Shown here one piece after another: positions 12,115-24,221 of a stretch of 28,755 nt of DNA (position 1 is the first letter of the stretch; the number at the start of each line of letters is the position of its first letter). The DNA comes from Octopus sinensis (Eukaryota). The DNA lies in contig NW_021833212.1 of assembly GCF_006345805.1 (NCBI RefSeq), positions 1 to 28,755 on the forward strand, read 5' to 3'. The translations under genes and the position numbers were made by a program. Below the pieces are notes generated by a model that was not told the origin of the DNA, did not search any database, and saw only the letters and a list, made by a program, of their open reading frames with translations.

Positions 12115-12742
12115 TGTGTACACACACACACACACACACTTACACACACATGAACACTTACACACACACACTTACACACACACATGCACACTTACACACA
12201 CACACTTACACACTCACACACACACACTCATGGAAAGAGAAAGAGACCTTGTGTGTGTGTGAGTGTATGTGTGATGTGAATGTCTGTATACAATAACATT
12301 GCGTCTATGTGTATATATATGTGTGTGTTTGTGAGTGTGTGTGTGTGTGTGTGTGATAGAAACCTATAACATAGCTAAGGGGGTTGTGTATAAAGCCTGT
12401 GTGATTGTTTTTGGTTTTGTTGTTGCTGTCCTCTAGCCCCAAGCCAGCCCTTAATAGGATCAGCAGCTGTGTCCTGAATAATCAAGAAAACTAGGGTTCT
12501 CTTCAGCTCCCTAAATAGAATGGTGGTAGTGGTGGCGACGGTGGTGATGAAATGTCATGCCTACTATGATCTACATACTGCATATAATCTTTTTAGGGGA
12601 CTAACTGACATATGGGGCTTACCAAGAAATGGGGAAGAGGATGAAAGTTTGGGGTATTGCATGTGTGTGTATGTGTGTGGGTGTTGGATGTAAAGGCTTT
12701 TATATAGTTTGTTGTGAGGGAGGAGGGTGTACACCCCTCCTA

Positions 12743-13120
<378 letters not shown>

Positions 13121-13304
13121 TCTGTTTGTCTGTATGCCAGTCTATCCAGCTATTTACCTATCTATTTATACCTTCCTCTATCCATCTATCTATTCGTCTA
13201 GCCATATATTTATTTGTCTATCCATCCATCTGTCTGCCCATCTGTCTGTCTACACTCAAATGAAATGTAGGTATATGTGTAAGGTAGAGAAGAGGGGTGT
13301 TTAA

Positions 13305-13538
13305 CCCTTTAGTGTTCCATATTATTCTGCCAAAATTAATGCTTCTTTTTCATCCTTTGTTTTGAACTAATCAGGCATTAATCTTGTAGCTATGAGATTT
13401 TGATGAGGTAGCTGTTAATTTTTAAAACGATATTGTAGGGTTGGTGTGAAAGACCAGATCTGGCCAGTTTGAACATAAAACAGGCAGAATGCTTTTGGCC
13501 GTATATGGCCGGATACAGCCGGTTTAAATGCTAAAGGG
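13305..13538. mobile_element. piggyBac-like MITE, inverted relative to 7468-7688; right TTAA lost
   Basis: TTAA|CCCTTTAG...CTAAAGGG|TTTT; the body aligns to 7468-7688. Confidence 0.8.
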
Positions 13539-14079
13539 TTTTTTTGGTTTTGTTGTTGCTGTCCTCTAGCCCCAAGCCAGCCCTTAATAGGATCAGCAGC
13601 TGTGTCCTGAATAATCAAGAAAACTAGGGTTTTCTTCAGCTCCCTAAATAGAATGGTGGTAGTGGTGGCGACGGTGGCGATGAAATGTCATGCCTACTAT
13701 GATCTACATTAATATGAGTGGAGTTTAGGGAGGGAAAAGGGATCCATAGTACTGTTCTTTAGCCTCAGGTCAGCTCTAATCAGAGAAGACCAATGATTAA
13801 AGATATTCCTTCCATAACCATCATGGCTGATTTTATTTTCTTCAGACAAACAGGGTGCTCAGGCTAAATTTGATGATTTTTTAAAGTCTCCTTCTTTCAG
13901 GAACATCTTGACATATCGGTAAACAGTCAACAACGTTGGAGAGCATAAAGATGAAAGTTGTTGAAGAAAAGTTAGCTGACATGGAGAATTGGAAGCCATC
14001 TGAAAAAGAATTACCTGGAAAAAAATTACCTGTATCATGATGATTCGTGCCAGCATCATGACTGCTGCTCAATGGTCAG

Positions 14080-14310
14080 GGCGGTGAGCTGGCAGAGACG
14101 TTAGCACGCCGGGCGAAATGCTTACTGGTATTTCGTCTGCCGTTACGTTGTGAGTTCAAATTCCGCCGAGGTCGACTTTTCCTTTCATCCTTTCAGGGTC
14201 AATAAATTAAGTACCAGTTACACACTGGGGTCGATGTAATCGACTTAATACCTATGTCTGTCCTTGTTTGTCTCCTCTATGTGTAGCCCCTTGTGGGTAA
14301 TAAACAAATA
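14080..14310 (+). mobile_element. SINE family B, full length
   Basis: Complete element with TSD ggtcag at 14074-14079 and 14311-14316. Confidence 0.92.
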
Positions 14311-14399
14311 GGTCAGTGAACACTGCAAAGGTTGTAAGACCTGACATGGACAGCTGTAACAGTGACTGCGAAGCTATGGCCAGCAGGAAAGGACACAGC

Positions 14400-14940
14400 A
14401 GATGTTCCCACATTTTTGAACAGGACCTTAAGCTCAATTCAGATGGCTATGTGAAGTTGCTGGAGTCTATGGTCAAACATTGGCTGGAGAAGGTTGCTGC
14501 CGGAAGGCCATATGTGTGGCATTGTGATTCAGTTCCTTGCAATACTTCTAGAAAGAATCAGAAGTGATTGATGTAGTATTTCTACCACATCAACTGAACC
14601 TAATTCCTGGCCCCTAATTCTCCCAATTGTAATTTTATATTTGGGGCATGGTTGAGAAAGATACCAACCAGTTTGCCAGCAACACCAAAGCTGAGCTGCT
14701 GGTCAAGCTCAAGGAGGTGCTCAAAGATCTTCCTAGGAACACTCACGAATGCATGCATCAGGTTCCAGAGCTATCTTTAGGCCATGGTGGGAGCTGAGAG
14801 TGGCTACTTAGAGCAAACTGTTATCTCCCAGCCATAATCTTGTTGATATTTTTTGATCTTTTAAAATACTTTTATTTTTGATGGGGTACATTGTGTTTTC
14901 TTTTCCTTTTGTGCAAACTGTCAAATATAGCCCAAACATT
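14400..14940 (+). pseudogene. Decayed Tc1/mariner-superfamily transposase C-terminus, maT/DD37D-like
   Basis: Reads HIFEQDLKLNSDGYVKLL...WLEKVAAGRPYVWHCDSVPCNTSRKNQK*, then PNSWPxNSPNCN, WGMVEKDTNQFASNTKAELLVKLKEVLKDLPR and NACIRFQSYL*AMVGAESGYLE. This is the second-Asp QQDSAPCH-like and WPPNSPDxNP-like region, with stops and frameshifts. Confidence 0.85.
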
Positions 14941-15091
14941 ACCCAAACATCTTTCCTTTTAAAGGGGTTTAATCTTATACCTCAGAAAACTGTTATTGTT
15001 GCTGTTTAGCCCCAGGTCTGCCCTGATAACACAGGAGCTGATCACAATCTTATCAGCCATGACCATCCTAGAATAGTATATCTTTTATGTT

Positions 15092-15270
15092 TTTTACTTG
15101 TTTCAGTCTGTGGCCATGCTGGGGCACCACCTAGAAGAATTATTAGTCAAATGTATCGACCCCAGTACTTATTGTCTTTTTTTAAAGCGTAGTATTTATT
15201 CTATTGGACTATTTTGCCGAACTGTTAAGTTACAGGGATGTAAACACAGCAGTGCCTGGGCGACAAACAC
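15092..15270 (-). mobile_element. Diverged SINE family C, 3' half
   Basis: ttttacttgtttcagtc...ggccatgctggggcaccacc...gccgaactgttaag aligns to family C. Confidence 0.75.
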
Positions 15271-15587
15271 ATTCACAAAGACACCACACACACACACACA
15301 CACACAAACACACAAATAAATAAATAAGAGAGGGATAATGGCTCATCCACCACAGCTGTTTCCAATGAAATTTTTAATTGATAGAAATATTACATCATGT
15401 GAAAAAAAATATCTGTTTTCATCAGTGAATATACACAAATTACACATTTAAAGCATTCCAAAACCCACCAGTTTGTGCTACTTCATGAGTCCCTGACAAG
15501 GAATTGTCAAAAGAATGAATTCATTTAATTATGCAGTAGATGGAAACTAAAAGAAGCCTGTCATATATATATATATATATATATATA

Positions 15588-15980
15588 GTGTAGGAGTGGC
15601 TGTGTGGTAAGTAGCTTGCTTATGAACCACATGGTTCCGGGTTCAGTCCCACTGTGTGGCACCTTGGGCAAGTGTCTTCTACTATAGCCTCAGGCCAACC
15701 AAAGCCTTGTGAGTGGATTTGGTAGACGGAAACTGAAAGAAGCCTGTTGTATATATGTATATGTATATATACATGTATGTGTGTGTATATATTTGTGTGT
15801 CTGTGTTTGTCCCCCCCAACATCGCTTGACGATTGACGCTGGTGTGTTTACGTCCCCATAACTTAGCGGTTCGGCAAAAGAGACCGATAGAATAAGTACT
15901 AGGCTTACAAAGAATAAGTCCTAGGGTCGATGTGCTCGACTAAAGGTGGTGCTCCAACATGGCCACAGTCAAATGACTGA
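15588..15980 (+). mobile_element. SINE family C, near full length
   Basis: Aligns to 10980-11379. Confidence 0.9.
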
Positions 15981-16149
15981 AATAAGTAAAAGAGTAAAAG
16001 ACTATACACACACACACACACACATATATATACGACCAGCTTCCCTTAGTTTCTATCTATCAAATCTACTCCCAAGGCTTTGGGATTGAACCTGGAACCA
16101 TATGGTTGGAAAGCAAGCTTTTTATCAGAGAACCTATAGTATATATCTA

Positions 16150-16862
16150 GGGTAAAGACTTCCTTTGGTCATGAATGACCATGGAATTGCACCTAGAAAG
16201 TTCTGGGCAAGATTGTTTATGGAGGGCCAGCAGTTGTCCATGCATATCAGTCTCCCCTCTCCATGCTCCCAATGTGGAAGCACTCCGTCGGTTACGACGA
16301 CGAGGGTTCCGGTTGATCCGAATCAACGGAACAGCCAGCTTGTGAAATTAACGTGTAAGTGGCCGAGCACTCCACAGACACGTGTACCCTTAACGTAGTT
16401 CTCGGGGATATTCAGTGTGACACAGAGAGTGACAAGGCCGGCCTTTTGAAATACAGGTACAACAGAAACAGGAAGTAAGAGTGAGAGAAAGTTGTGGTGA
16501 AAGAGTACAGCAGGGATCACCACCATCCCCTGCCGGAGACTCGTGGAGCTTTAGGTGTTTTCGCTCAATAAACACTCACAACACCCGGTCTGGGAATCAA
16601 AACCGCGATCCTATGACCGCGAGTCCGCTGCCCTAACCACTGGGCCATTGCGCCATGCTCCCAATGTTATCAAAAGGAAAGGCAAAGGGGCCGATACAGC
16701 TTGGCACTAGTGATGTCGCAACTCATTTCTACAGATGAGTGAACTGGAGCAATGTGAAATAAAGTGTCTTGCTCAAGAACACAACACATGGCCTATTGAA
16801 TTGAATTCACTACTCCATGATTGTCAGCCCAGTGCTCTACCCACTGAGCCATGCACCCTCAC
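16150..16862 (-). mobile_element. Older tRNA-derived SINE family D, interrupted by a family A copy
   Basis: Head gtgagggtgcatggctcagtgggtagagc and central tgtgttcttgagcaagacactttatttcac; split at the TSD of the inner SINE. Confidence 0.7.
16276..16652 (-). mobile_element. SINE family A, slightly 5'-truncated
   Basis: Perfect 15-bp TSD ccatgctcccaatgt at 16261-16275 and 16653-16667. Confidence 0.93.
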
Positions 16863-17363
16863 ATTGTAAGCATATCTAGGATTATATTAGTCAATGATTT
16901 GTTTGAGAAAATTGAGTTGATTTTTTTTTGTATAAAGTTGAGTGACCTCATAAAAATTGCCTCTCATGTTTTGTTGGTGTGAAAAGAAATTTATAGAGCA
17001 TGTATGGGTACAATGGGTGATAGGAGAGGAGGGATGCAAGTGTATGTGTACATGTGTGTGTGTATGTGTGGGTGTATGTGTGTATGTGCATGGGGGGAGA
17101 GAGAGAAAGAGGGAGAGATAAAGAGATATAATATGTGTAAGATTTTGAGATTAAGGAAAAAGCTTTCAAAATTTAGTCTTTGGGAGATAAAAGAGTATAT
17201 GCATGTGTGTGAGTGTGTATATGCTTAGAAAATACAGTGTACATAACATAAATGATAATTATGAGGATATGGAACATGCAAACTTGTGATAGACACCATG
17301 GTATCTGCCCAGATGATATATCCCTCCAAACACACATTTATATATATATATATATATATATAT

Positions 17364-17484
17364 CTCACCATCATCACGTGACCGACCAGTCCATCAGATG
17401 TAGTTACACATCGCTGGTCACAATGCGTTCGCATTGTTTTAGCCTTCGAATGACGCCACCCCGCTGGCTAAGCGAGCAGGCCAA
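17364..17484 (-). mobile_element. Isolated retroposon 3'-tail fragment (probable SINE/LINE tail)
   Basis: GC-richer island between TA tracts that resembles an octopus retroposon tail I recall. It is single-copy in this window. Confidence 0.4.
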
Positions 17485-17609
17485 TATATATATATATAGA
17501 TGTATATATGTGTGAGTATGAGTGTGTATGTGTTTGGAAAATATATGTGATGTGTATGTGCGTGTGTATCTATAGGAATGATGAGGAGTGGATGTGTGTG
17601 TGTGTGTGG

Positions 17610-17655
<46 letters not shown>

Positions 17656-18181
17656 TGTGTGGGTGTAGATTGAAAAATAAGAAAAAAAATACAGCGTATG
17701 TATATAAGTATTCTGTGATGTGTAAATGGATGTATATATGTATGTGATGGAGATGATATACCCAAGTATATATATAGGGAGAGAGAGAGAGAGAGGAGGA
17801 AAGAAGTGTGTGTGATTGGGGAAAGGGATATATCATATGTATAGAGGAGGAAAGATATAGCACATGTGTGTGTGTGTGTGTGTATGTTGTTCTTTACAAA
17901 GTATCTGTCTGAGCTAAGTCTTATTTATGATTAAGAAAGGAGATATATATGTGCATAGGTGTGTCCTGGGGGCGATTTTCAAAATGGTAAATTAAAAAGG
18001 GTGGCCGTTATTTACACTTTTACTGTTTTGAAAATCAGCGTGTTTCTATGCCTCTATGCCTACTATTACTCTCACCCCATCATGAGGAATAGTAGGAGTG
18101 TCATTGAATTGTGAGAGAGGGGTCTAAGTGTGACACATTGACACACAGAAATTAGTTTTTACATTTATTAAATTAGATACA

Positions 18182-18217
<36 letters not shown>

Positions 18218-18236
18218 TATATATATGTATATATAA

Positions 18237-18660
18237 TCATCATCATCATCATCATTAACGTCCGCTTTCCATGCTGGCATAGGTTGGACAGTTTGACTGG
18301 GAACTGGCAAGCCAGGAGGCCTCATCAGGCTCCAATCTGATCTAGCAATGTTTCTACAGCTGGATGCCCTTCCTAATACCAACCGCTCCGAGAGTGTAGT
18401 GGTTCCTTTTTAAGTGCCACCGGCACGAGAACCAGTCAGGCGGCACTGGCATCGGCCATGTTCAGAGAGTGCTTTTTACGTGCTACTGGCACAGGAGCCA
18501 GTCAGGGGGGTGGGACTGGCATCGGCCATGTTCAGATGGTGCTTTTTACATGTCACATCATGAGGAACCAGTAAGGCGACACTGGCAACAACCCACACAT
18601 GAATAGTACTCATTGTATGCCATCAGCATGAAAGGCAGTCAGGTGGCACTGACATCGGCC
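18237..18660 (-). mobile_element. RTE-type LINE 3' end with (ATG)n tail and ~65-bp internal subrepeats
   Basis: (CAT)n-ttaacgtccgctttccatgct...ctggatgcccttcct aligns to 20583-20792 and 27300-27612. Confidence 0.8.
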
Positions 18661-18800
18661 ACTACTACAATTTCCATTTTTGATTTTGATTTTTTGGGGT
18701 TTTTGATTTTTTACTTGACTCAATAAATCTCCTCTGTACATAGATGAGAATATATATGTGCCAAAATATGAGATTATATGCATGTGTGTGTGTATATGGA

Positions 18801-18831
18801 AAGATAGAAAGATAGATAGATAGATAGATAT

Positions 18832-18928
<97 letters not shown>

Positions 18929-18943
18929 CAGACAGATAGATAG

Positions 18944-18974
<31 letters not shown>

Positions 18975-18977
18975 GAT
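18801..18977. repeat. (GATA)n array
   Basis: Direct reading. Confidence 0.95.
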
Positions 18978-19594
18978 ATTATATATACATATATATCATA
19001 TATACATGCATTATATATCTCATATGTGTGTGTGTTTGTGTTTGTGTGTGTATGTGTGTGTGTGTGTGTGTGTGTATGTGTGTGTGTGTGTCTGTGTGTA
19101 TTACATGGTTAAATCACAAACGAAATTTTTAGAGCAAATCACATTACAAAATGTCAGTTAGGCCTCTTAGACTCCTGGGTTTATGTTATGCATGACAAGA
19201 CAGAGGTGGAAGGGGAGAGAAGGAAAGATAGTGAGATAGGTATAGAGATAGATAGAAAGATAGAGAGAGAGAGAGAGGGAGAGAGAAAGAGGGAGAAAGA
19301 GAGAGAAAGACTCATAAATAATATTTTATATTATTCTGCATGATACCAGTTTAAAGTTTGTCTAAAGGACATTAATAACCATATTTCATTGCATCAGTAG
19401 AGCGTTGGTATTTCTAAGTGAGCACGATATTACTTCAAAGTGAGATTAGCATTTTTTTTTTATCAAAGTGTTTTTTCAAACTTAACACATGGCACATCAA
19501 GGCGAGCATATTTCACTCAAACAATACTTTTAAACAATGAGGACATGTCATTCGATAATGCACCCATTTACCATAGGATCTAAGTCTGTATCTG

Positions 19595-19597
<3 letters not shown>

Positions 19598-19686
<89 letters not shown>

Positions 19687-19697
19687 TGTATGTGTGT
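19598..19697. repeat. (GT)n microsatellite
   Basis: About 40 perfect GT units followed by imperfect ones. Confidence 0.97.
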
Positions 19698-20149
19698 GTT
19701 TATATACTTCTATATATATTTGTTGTCTGAAACATCTGCTTGATGTTTATATTTGTTTATGTTTAGTCCTATGGTGGAATGTTTCTTGTATATTAAATGT
19801 CCACAAGACATAGTACTTTGCCTTAGTACTCTACCAGAGTACTTTAACTTGTCTCTGTTAGAGATTTGTGCAGCAGGAGCAAATAATTGCGAAGACGTTA
19901 CAATAGACACACTGAGATATAATATTCTCTGAAAATCATTAATGTTTTTTTTTTATTGCTGCACTGTTCCCTTAAAAACCTTCTTCTTCTCACCATCATC
20001 CCCCTGTTCCACCCTTTACACTTTTACGAAAGCATCCTCTCTCTCATCCCCTCTCATGATTCACTATCTGTGACCTCTCTTATGCTCACCTTCTTGTTCC
20101 TTGAGAATTTTCTCTAGTACCCTCAACATGACTTTTCTTTTATCTTCAA

Positions 20150-20580
20150 CCATATCTCTTCTCTGTTTTCCATGCTGGCATGGGCTGGAAGGTTTGATTG
20201 GGACAGGTAAACTGGAGAACTGCGATGGGTGCCAGGCTCCAGTCTGTTTTGACTTAGTTTCTATAGCTGGATGCCCTTTCTAATGCTAACAACTCTACAA
20301 AGTGCATATTTTATGTGTCACCGGCACAGGTACCTTTTACCTATCACTGGCATGGGTGCCTTTTATGCGTCAGTGGCACTGACCATGGCATGTCTTCTCA
20401 AGCACAGCAAATTGCCAAAATTCTTGATCCCTTCTCATCTTCTCTGTAAGACTCAACAATTCAAAAGCATATTTCACCACCTCATCCTAAGTCTTCCTGA
20501 GTCTACCTCTTCCACAGGTTCCTGCCACAATTAGAGATCAGCACTTCTTTACACAGCTGTTCTCATCCATATGCATCACA
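20150..20580 (-). mobile_element. Decayed RTE-type LINE: ORF2 C-terminus plus 3' UTR
   Basis: The minus strand reads VMHMDENSCVKKC*SLIVAGTCGRGRLRKT*DEVVKYAFELLSLTEKMRRDQEFWQFAVLEKT, the GxRxRGRPRKTW-type C-terminus of RTE ORF2, with stops. Confidence 0.8.
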
Positions 20581-20582
20581 AT

Positions 20583-20618
<36 letters not shown>

Positions 20619-20792
20619 GTTTAACGTCCGTTTTCCAGGCTAGCATGGGTTGGACGGTTCGACCGGGATCTGGGAGGCCAGGAGGCTGCACCAGGCTCCA
20701 GTCTGATCTGGCAGTGTTTCTACAGCTGGATGCCCTTCCTAACGCCAACCACTCCGTGAGTGTAGCAGGTGCTTTCTACATGCCACTGGCAC
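20583..20792 (-). mobile_element. RTE-type LINE 3' end (5'-truncated) with (ATG)n tail
   Basis: (CAT)12-cgtttaacgtccgttttccaggctagcatggg...; aligns to 27300-27612. Confidence 0.85.
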
Positions 20793-20894
20793 TAAAAAAA
20801 TTAAAAACAGACAAACAAAACAAAACAAAACAGTAATTTAACTGATTTGAAAGGTGAGCAAAGATTGGATTAAGCTAGATTAAAGGATTCTTAC

Positions 20895-21009
20895 CTTAGC
20901 ATTTTCTATACAGGGACAAATGGCCCAGGCAGCGCTTGAGATGACTTCAGGGTTTTGATTTTTTAGCAGTGACCATAGCAACCTGACACCATCCAGCTGT
21001 TCAATGATG
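20895..21009 (-). CDS. ODAD2: ODAD2/ARMC4 internal exon D (115 bp, phase 2/0): (S)[38 protein letters not shown]
   Basis: Lies within ORF 20880..21131. Acceptor tttcatctttcAG and donor GTaaga. AG from exon C plus C gives a Ser codon. Matches ARMC4 [13 protein letters not shown]...SAAWALCPCI.NAK. Confidence 0.96.
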
Positions 21010-21038
21010 CTGAAAGATGAAACAGTGAGATATCTTAA

Positions 21039-21250
21039 CCTTTTAGCATTTAAACTGGCCATATTAGGCCTAAATATTCCACGTTTTCTGTTCAAAGTGA
21101 CCAGATTTAGCCTCTCACACCTATCATACAATGTCCTTCTAAAACTACTCTCACATCATTGAAATCTAGAAGTTGTGAGATAATTCATGATTAACTCAAA
21201 CCATTTTGAATAAATAAGCATTACATTTTACAGAATAGTCTGAAATAGTG
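21039..21250. mobile_element. Diverged piggyBac-like MITE about 25 bp from the exon D acceptor
   Basis: TTAA at 21035-21038 and 21251-21254; the body aligns to 7468-7688. Confidence 0.65.
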
Positions 21251-21534
21251 TTAAACAACAGGGTATACAACTATTGTATATGTCTTTGACTATATTACAT
21301 ACCATTAAATGTACAGTGATTCTATTGCCGTCATCTTTTAATGTCTATCTTCCATGCTGGCATGGGTTGAACAGTACTGTTTACATTTTAGACAATAGGT
21401 GTGGATGTGTGGTCTTTGTGTCTGGATAGGTGTGGATATATAATAATTATAATAATAATAATAATAATTGTGTACAGTGCTCAGGTGCACTACAACTCAT
21501 CTAAAGTGTATATATATATACACATATATATATA

Positions 21535-21770
21535 TGTGTCTTTGTGCCTGTGTTTGTTCCCCATCACTGCTTGACATCCAGTGTTGGTGTGTTTATATCC
21601 TCATAGCTTAGTGGTTCAGCAAAAGTGACTAATAGAATAAGTACCAGGCTTTAAAAAAAAAAGCACTGGAGTCAATTCATTCGACTAAAAAATTCTTCGA
21701 AGGAATGCCCCAGCATGGCCGCAGTCTAAAGACTGAAACAAGTAAAAGATAAAAAATAAAAGATAAAAGA
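21535..21770 (+). mobile_element. Diverged SINE family C, 3' half, ending next to the exon C donor
   Basis: gtgtttgttcccc...gaataagtacc...cagcatggccgcagtc...gactgaaacaagtaaaaga. Confidence 0.8.
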
Positions 21771-21777
21771 TAGATAC

Positions 21778-21959
21778 CTCATACTTTCTATCTCCTCTGC
21801 ACACTGTCCAACTGCTCTTGTAACATTAATTAGCAACGCTTGGTTAGTTCCTGTGAGCAGGTTGACCAGTTGAGTTATACCACCTGCCTTTCTAATGGTT
21901 TGACGGTTTGGTGGGTCCCTAGCAAGCTCCCCTAGGGCTCCGACAACATTTACCAACAC
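21778..21959 (-). CDS. ODAD2: ODAD2/ARMC4 internal exon C (182 bp, phase 0/2): [60 protein letters not shown]
   Basis: Lies within ORF 21726..21998. Acceptor ttcctttccgaAG and donor GTatct. Matches recalled ARMC4 [11 protein letters not shown]...[29 protein letters not shown]. Confidence 0.96.
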
Positions 21960-22034
21960 CTTCGGAAAGGAATAAATTGTAAAGCTTAATGTAGACAAAG
22001 TTTGGGAATTGTAAATTTTGGAAAAAATCTTGGT

Positions 22035-22455
22035 GGATGATCAGATGGATGGATGGATTGATAGATGGATGGATGGATGGATGGATGGATGGATGGATGG
22101 ATGGTGGGATGACTGGACGAATGGATGGATGGCTGGATGGATGGTCAGATGGTTGGATGACTGGGTGAATGGATGGTTTATGAATGGATGGATAGTTGGA
22201 TGGATGGTCAGATGGTTAGATGGCTGGGTGGATAGATAGATGGATGGATGGATGGATAGAGGGATGGATAGATGGATGGCTGGTGAGATGACTGGACGAA
22301 TGGATGGATGGCTGGATGAATGGTCAGATGGTTAGATGACTGGATGGATGGATGAATGGTTGGATGGAGGGTCAGATGGTTAGGTGGCTAGATGGATGGA
22401 TGGTTTTATGAATGGATGGATGGTCTGATGGTTAGATGGCTGGGTGGATGGATGT
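22035..22455. repeat. Degenerate (GGAT)n array with higher-order blocks
   Basis: The block gactggacgaatggatggatggctggatg..tggtcagatggtt recurs near 22111 and 22290. Confidence 0.9.
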
Positions 22456-22607
22456 ACTTTTAACATATTTCTCAGGCAGAATCAACTTAACACAGTGTGT
22501 AACAAGGCTGTTCCAATGAATTTATTGGTACAATCCTTCCTATGGGCTTCTCAATAGTTTCTGACTCATGTGGCTAATAACGAAAATGGCACTTCGCCAA
22601 GGCTTAA

Positions 22608-22790
22608 GTGGAAGCACCTGGATTAGTGGTTAGGGTATTGGAATCCTGGCCATAAGATTGTGGTTTCGATTCCTGAATTGGTCGATGAATTGCGTTCTTG
22701 AGCAAAACACTTTATTTCATGTTGCTCCAGTCCACTCAGCTAGCAAAAATGAATATTCTTACGATGGACTGGTGTCCCATCCAGTGGGGA
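22608..22790 (+). mobile_element. Diverged tRNA-derived SINE related to family D
   Basis: A-box- and B-box-like head (tagtggttagg...ggtttcgattcct), gttcttgagcaaaacactttatttc, then gatggactggtgtcccatccag. Confidence 0.6.
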
Positions 22791-23724
22791 GTATCTATGC
22801 CTGAGAATCTAGGAAACTGGCAGCAATATGTGTCACTATGACTCAAGAAGGAGTTTTATCCTTTTTTTTGTTTTTTTGTTTTATCCAAAGTTACAGATTG
22901 CCACCCTCATAGTATTTACTTTTTAAAGTACAAGGCCATCAATTTTAAAGGAATAGGGTTTGTTGATGACATCAACCTCAATATTTGACTGGTACTTTAT
23001 TGTACAGATCTTAGAGAAATAATAGGTGAATTTGCCTTTAGAGAAATTTGAACTCAGAATGTTTCTATGAGAAAAACTTATTGTTTCGAAAATTATCTAA
23101 ATTACACTTTCCATCAAAATTTCATGTAGCTTTATGTTCTAAACACCAGCTTATAATGACAAACTTATTTTACAAAATTCTCCATTTTTAAGATTAAGTG
23201 CAACAAAAGTAATTTATTTCGAGAGAAATTTGGCAACAAAATAGTTGATAATGACAAATACTACAAAATATTTTTTGCTTGAGCAAATACTACAAAATAT
23301 TTTTTCCAGTGCTCTAATGATTCTGCCAGCTCACGCTTGTTAAATATATTAGTTTATTATGCAGCACGGAGTTTTGTCAGTGAACAGGTCGCGGTCTCAA
23401 AGCGACGAAAATATTTTGACAAATTAAATTTAAATGTTGAAGTGAATCTAACGGTGTTTGTGTGTTTCTTAAATGGCTTACAAACACCTTCCATGCTGCA
23501 ATTGTTTTCGTTCCAGCACACGATCTCAGATCAAGTCACTTGCTATGCAAGTACATCTCCGTAATTAATTTATTAACTTTCCAACAAACAACAACGACCA
23601 GCCACGAGAGATGAGGAAATTTGTAATGTTGGAGGGTGGTATTGACGCTAACAACCATTCAACATGACTGCATTTCAAAAAACTTCTTTTTTATTCTACC
23701 AAACCTATTGTTTTATAAAATATA

Positions 23725-24198
23725 TATTTCTTTATTGCCCACAAGGGGCCAAACATAGAGGGGACAAACAAAGACAGACAAAGGGATTAAGTCAATTACA
23801 TCCACCCCAGTGCATAACTGGTACTTTATTTATCGTTATTTAGGCGGCGAACTAGCAGAATCGTTAGCATGCCGGGCGAAATGCTTAGCAGTATTTCGTC
23901 TGCCGGTACGTTCTGAGTTCAAATTCTGCCGAGGTCGACTTTGCCTTTCATCCTTTCGGGGTTGATAAATTAAGTACCAGTTACGCACTGGGGTCGATCT
24001 AATCGACTTAATTCGTTTGTTTGTCCCCTCTGTGTTTAGCTCCTTGTGGGTAGTAAAGAAATAGGTACTTTATTTATCGACCCTGGAAGGATGAAAGGTA
24101 AATCGACCTCGGCGGAATTTGAACTCAGAACGTAATGACAGACGAAATACGGCTACGCATTTTGTTCGGTGTGCTAACGATTCTGCCAGCTCGCTGCC
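23725..24198 (-). mobile_element. SINE family B (18-bp TSD) containing an antisense full-length family B copy at 23843-24063
   Basis: Outer TSD attgttttataaaatata at 23707-23724 and 24203-24220. Inner TSD ggtactttatttatcg at 23820-23835 and 24064-24079. Confidence 0.92.
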
Positions 24199-24221
24199 TT
24201 CAATTGTTTTATAAAATATAC

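Noticed and set aside
15427-15529. Plus-strand open frame after ttttcatcAG that is phase-compatible with the 13846-13918 candidate
   Set aside because: The peptide is unremarkable and AT-rich, and one-in-three phase compatibility is weak evidence.
19812-19846. Three AGTACT palindromes and an 8-bp hairpin
   Set aside because: Short, with no supporting context.
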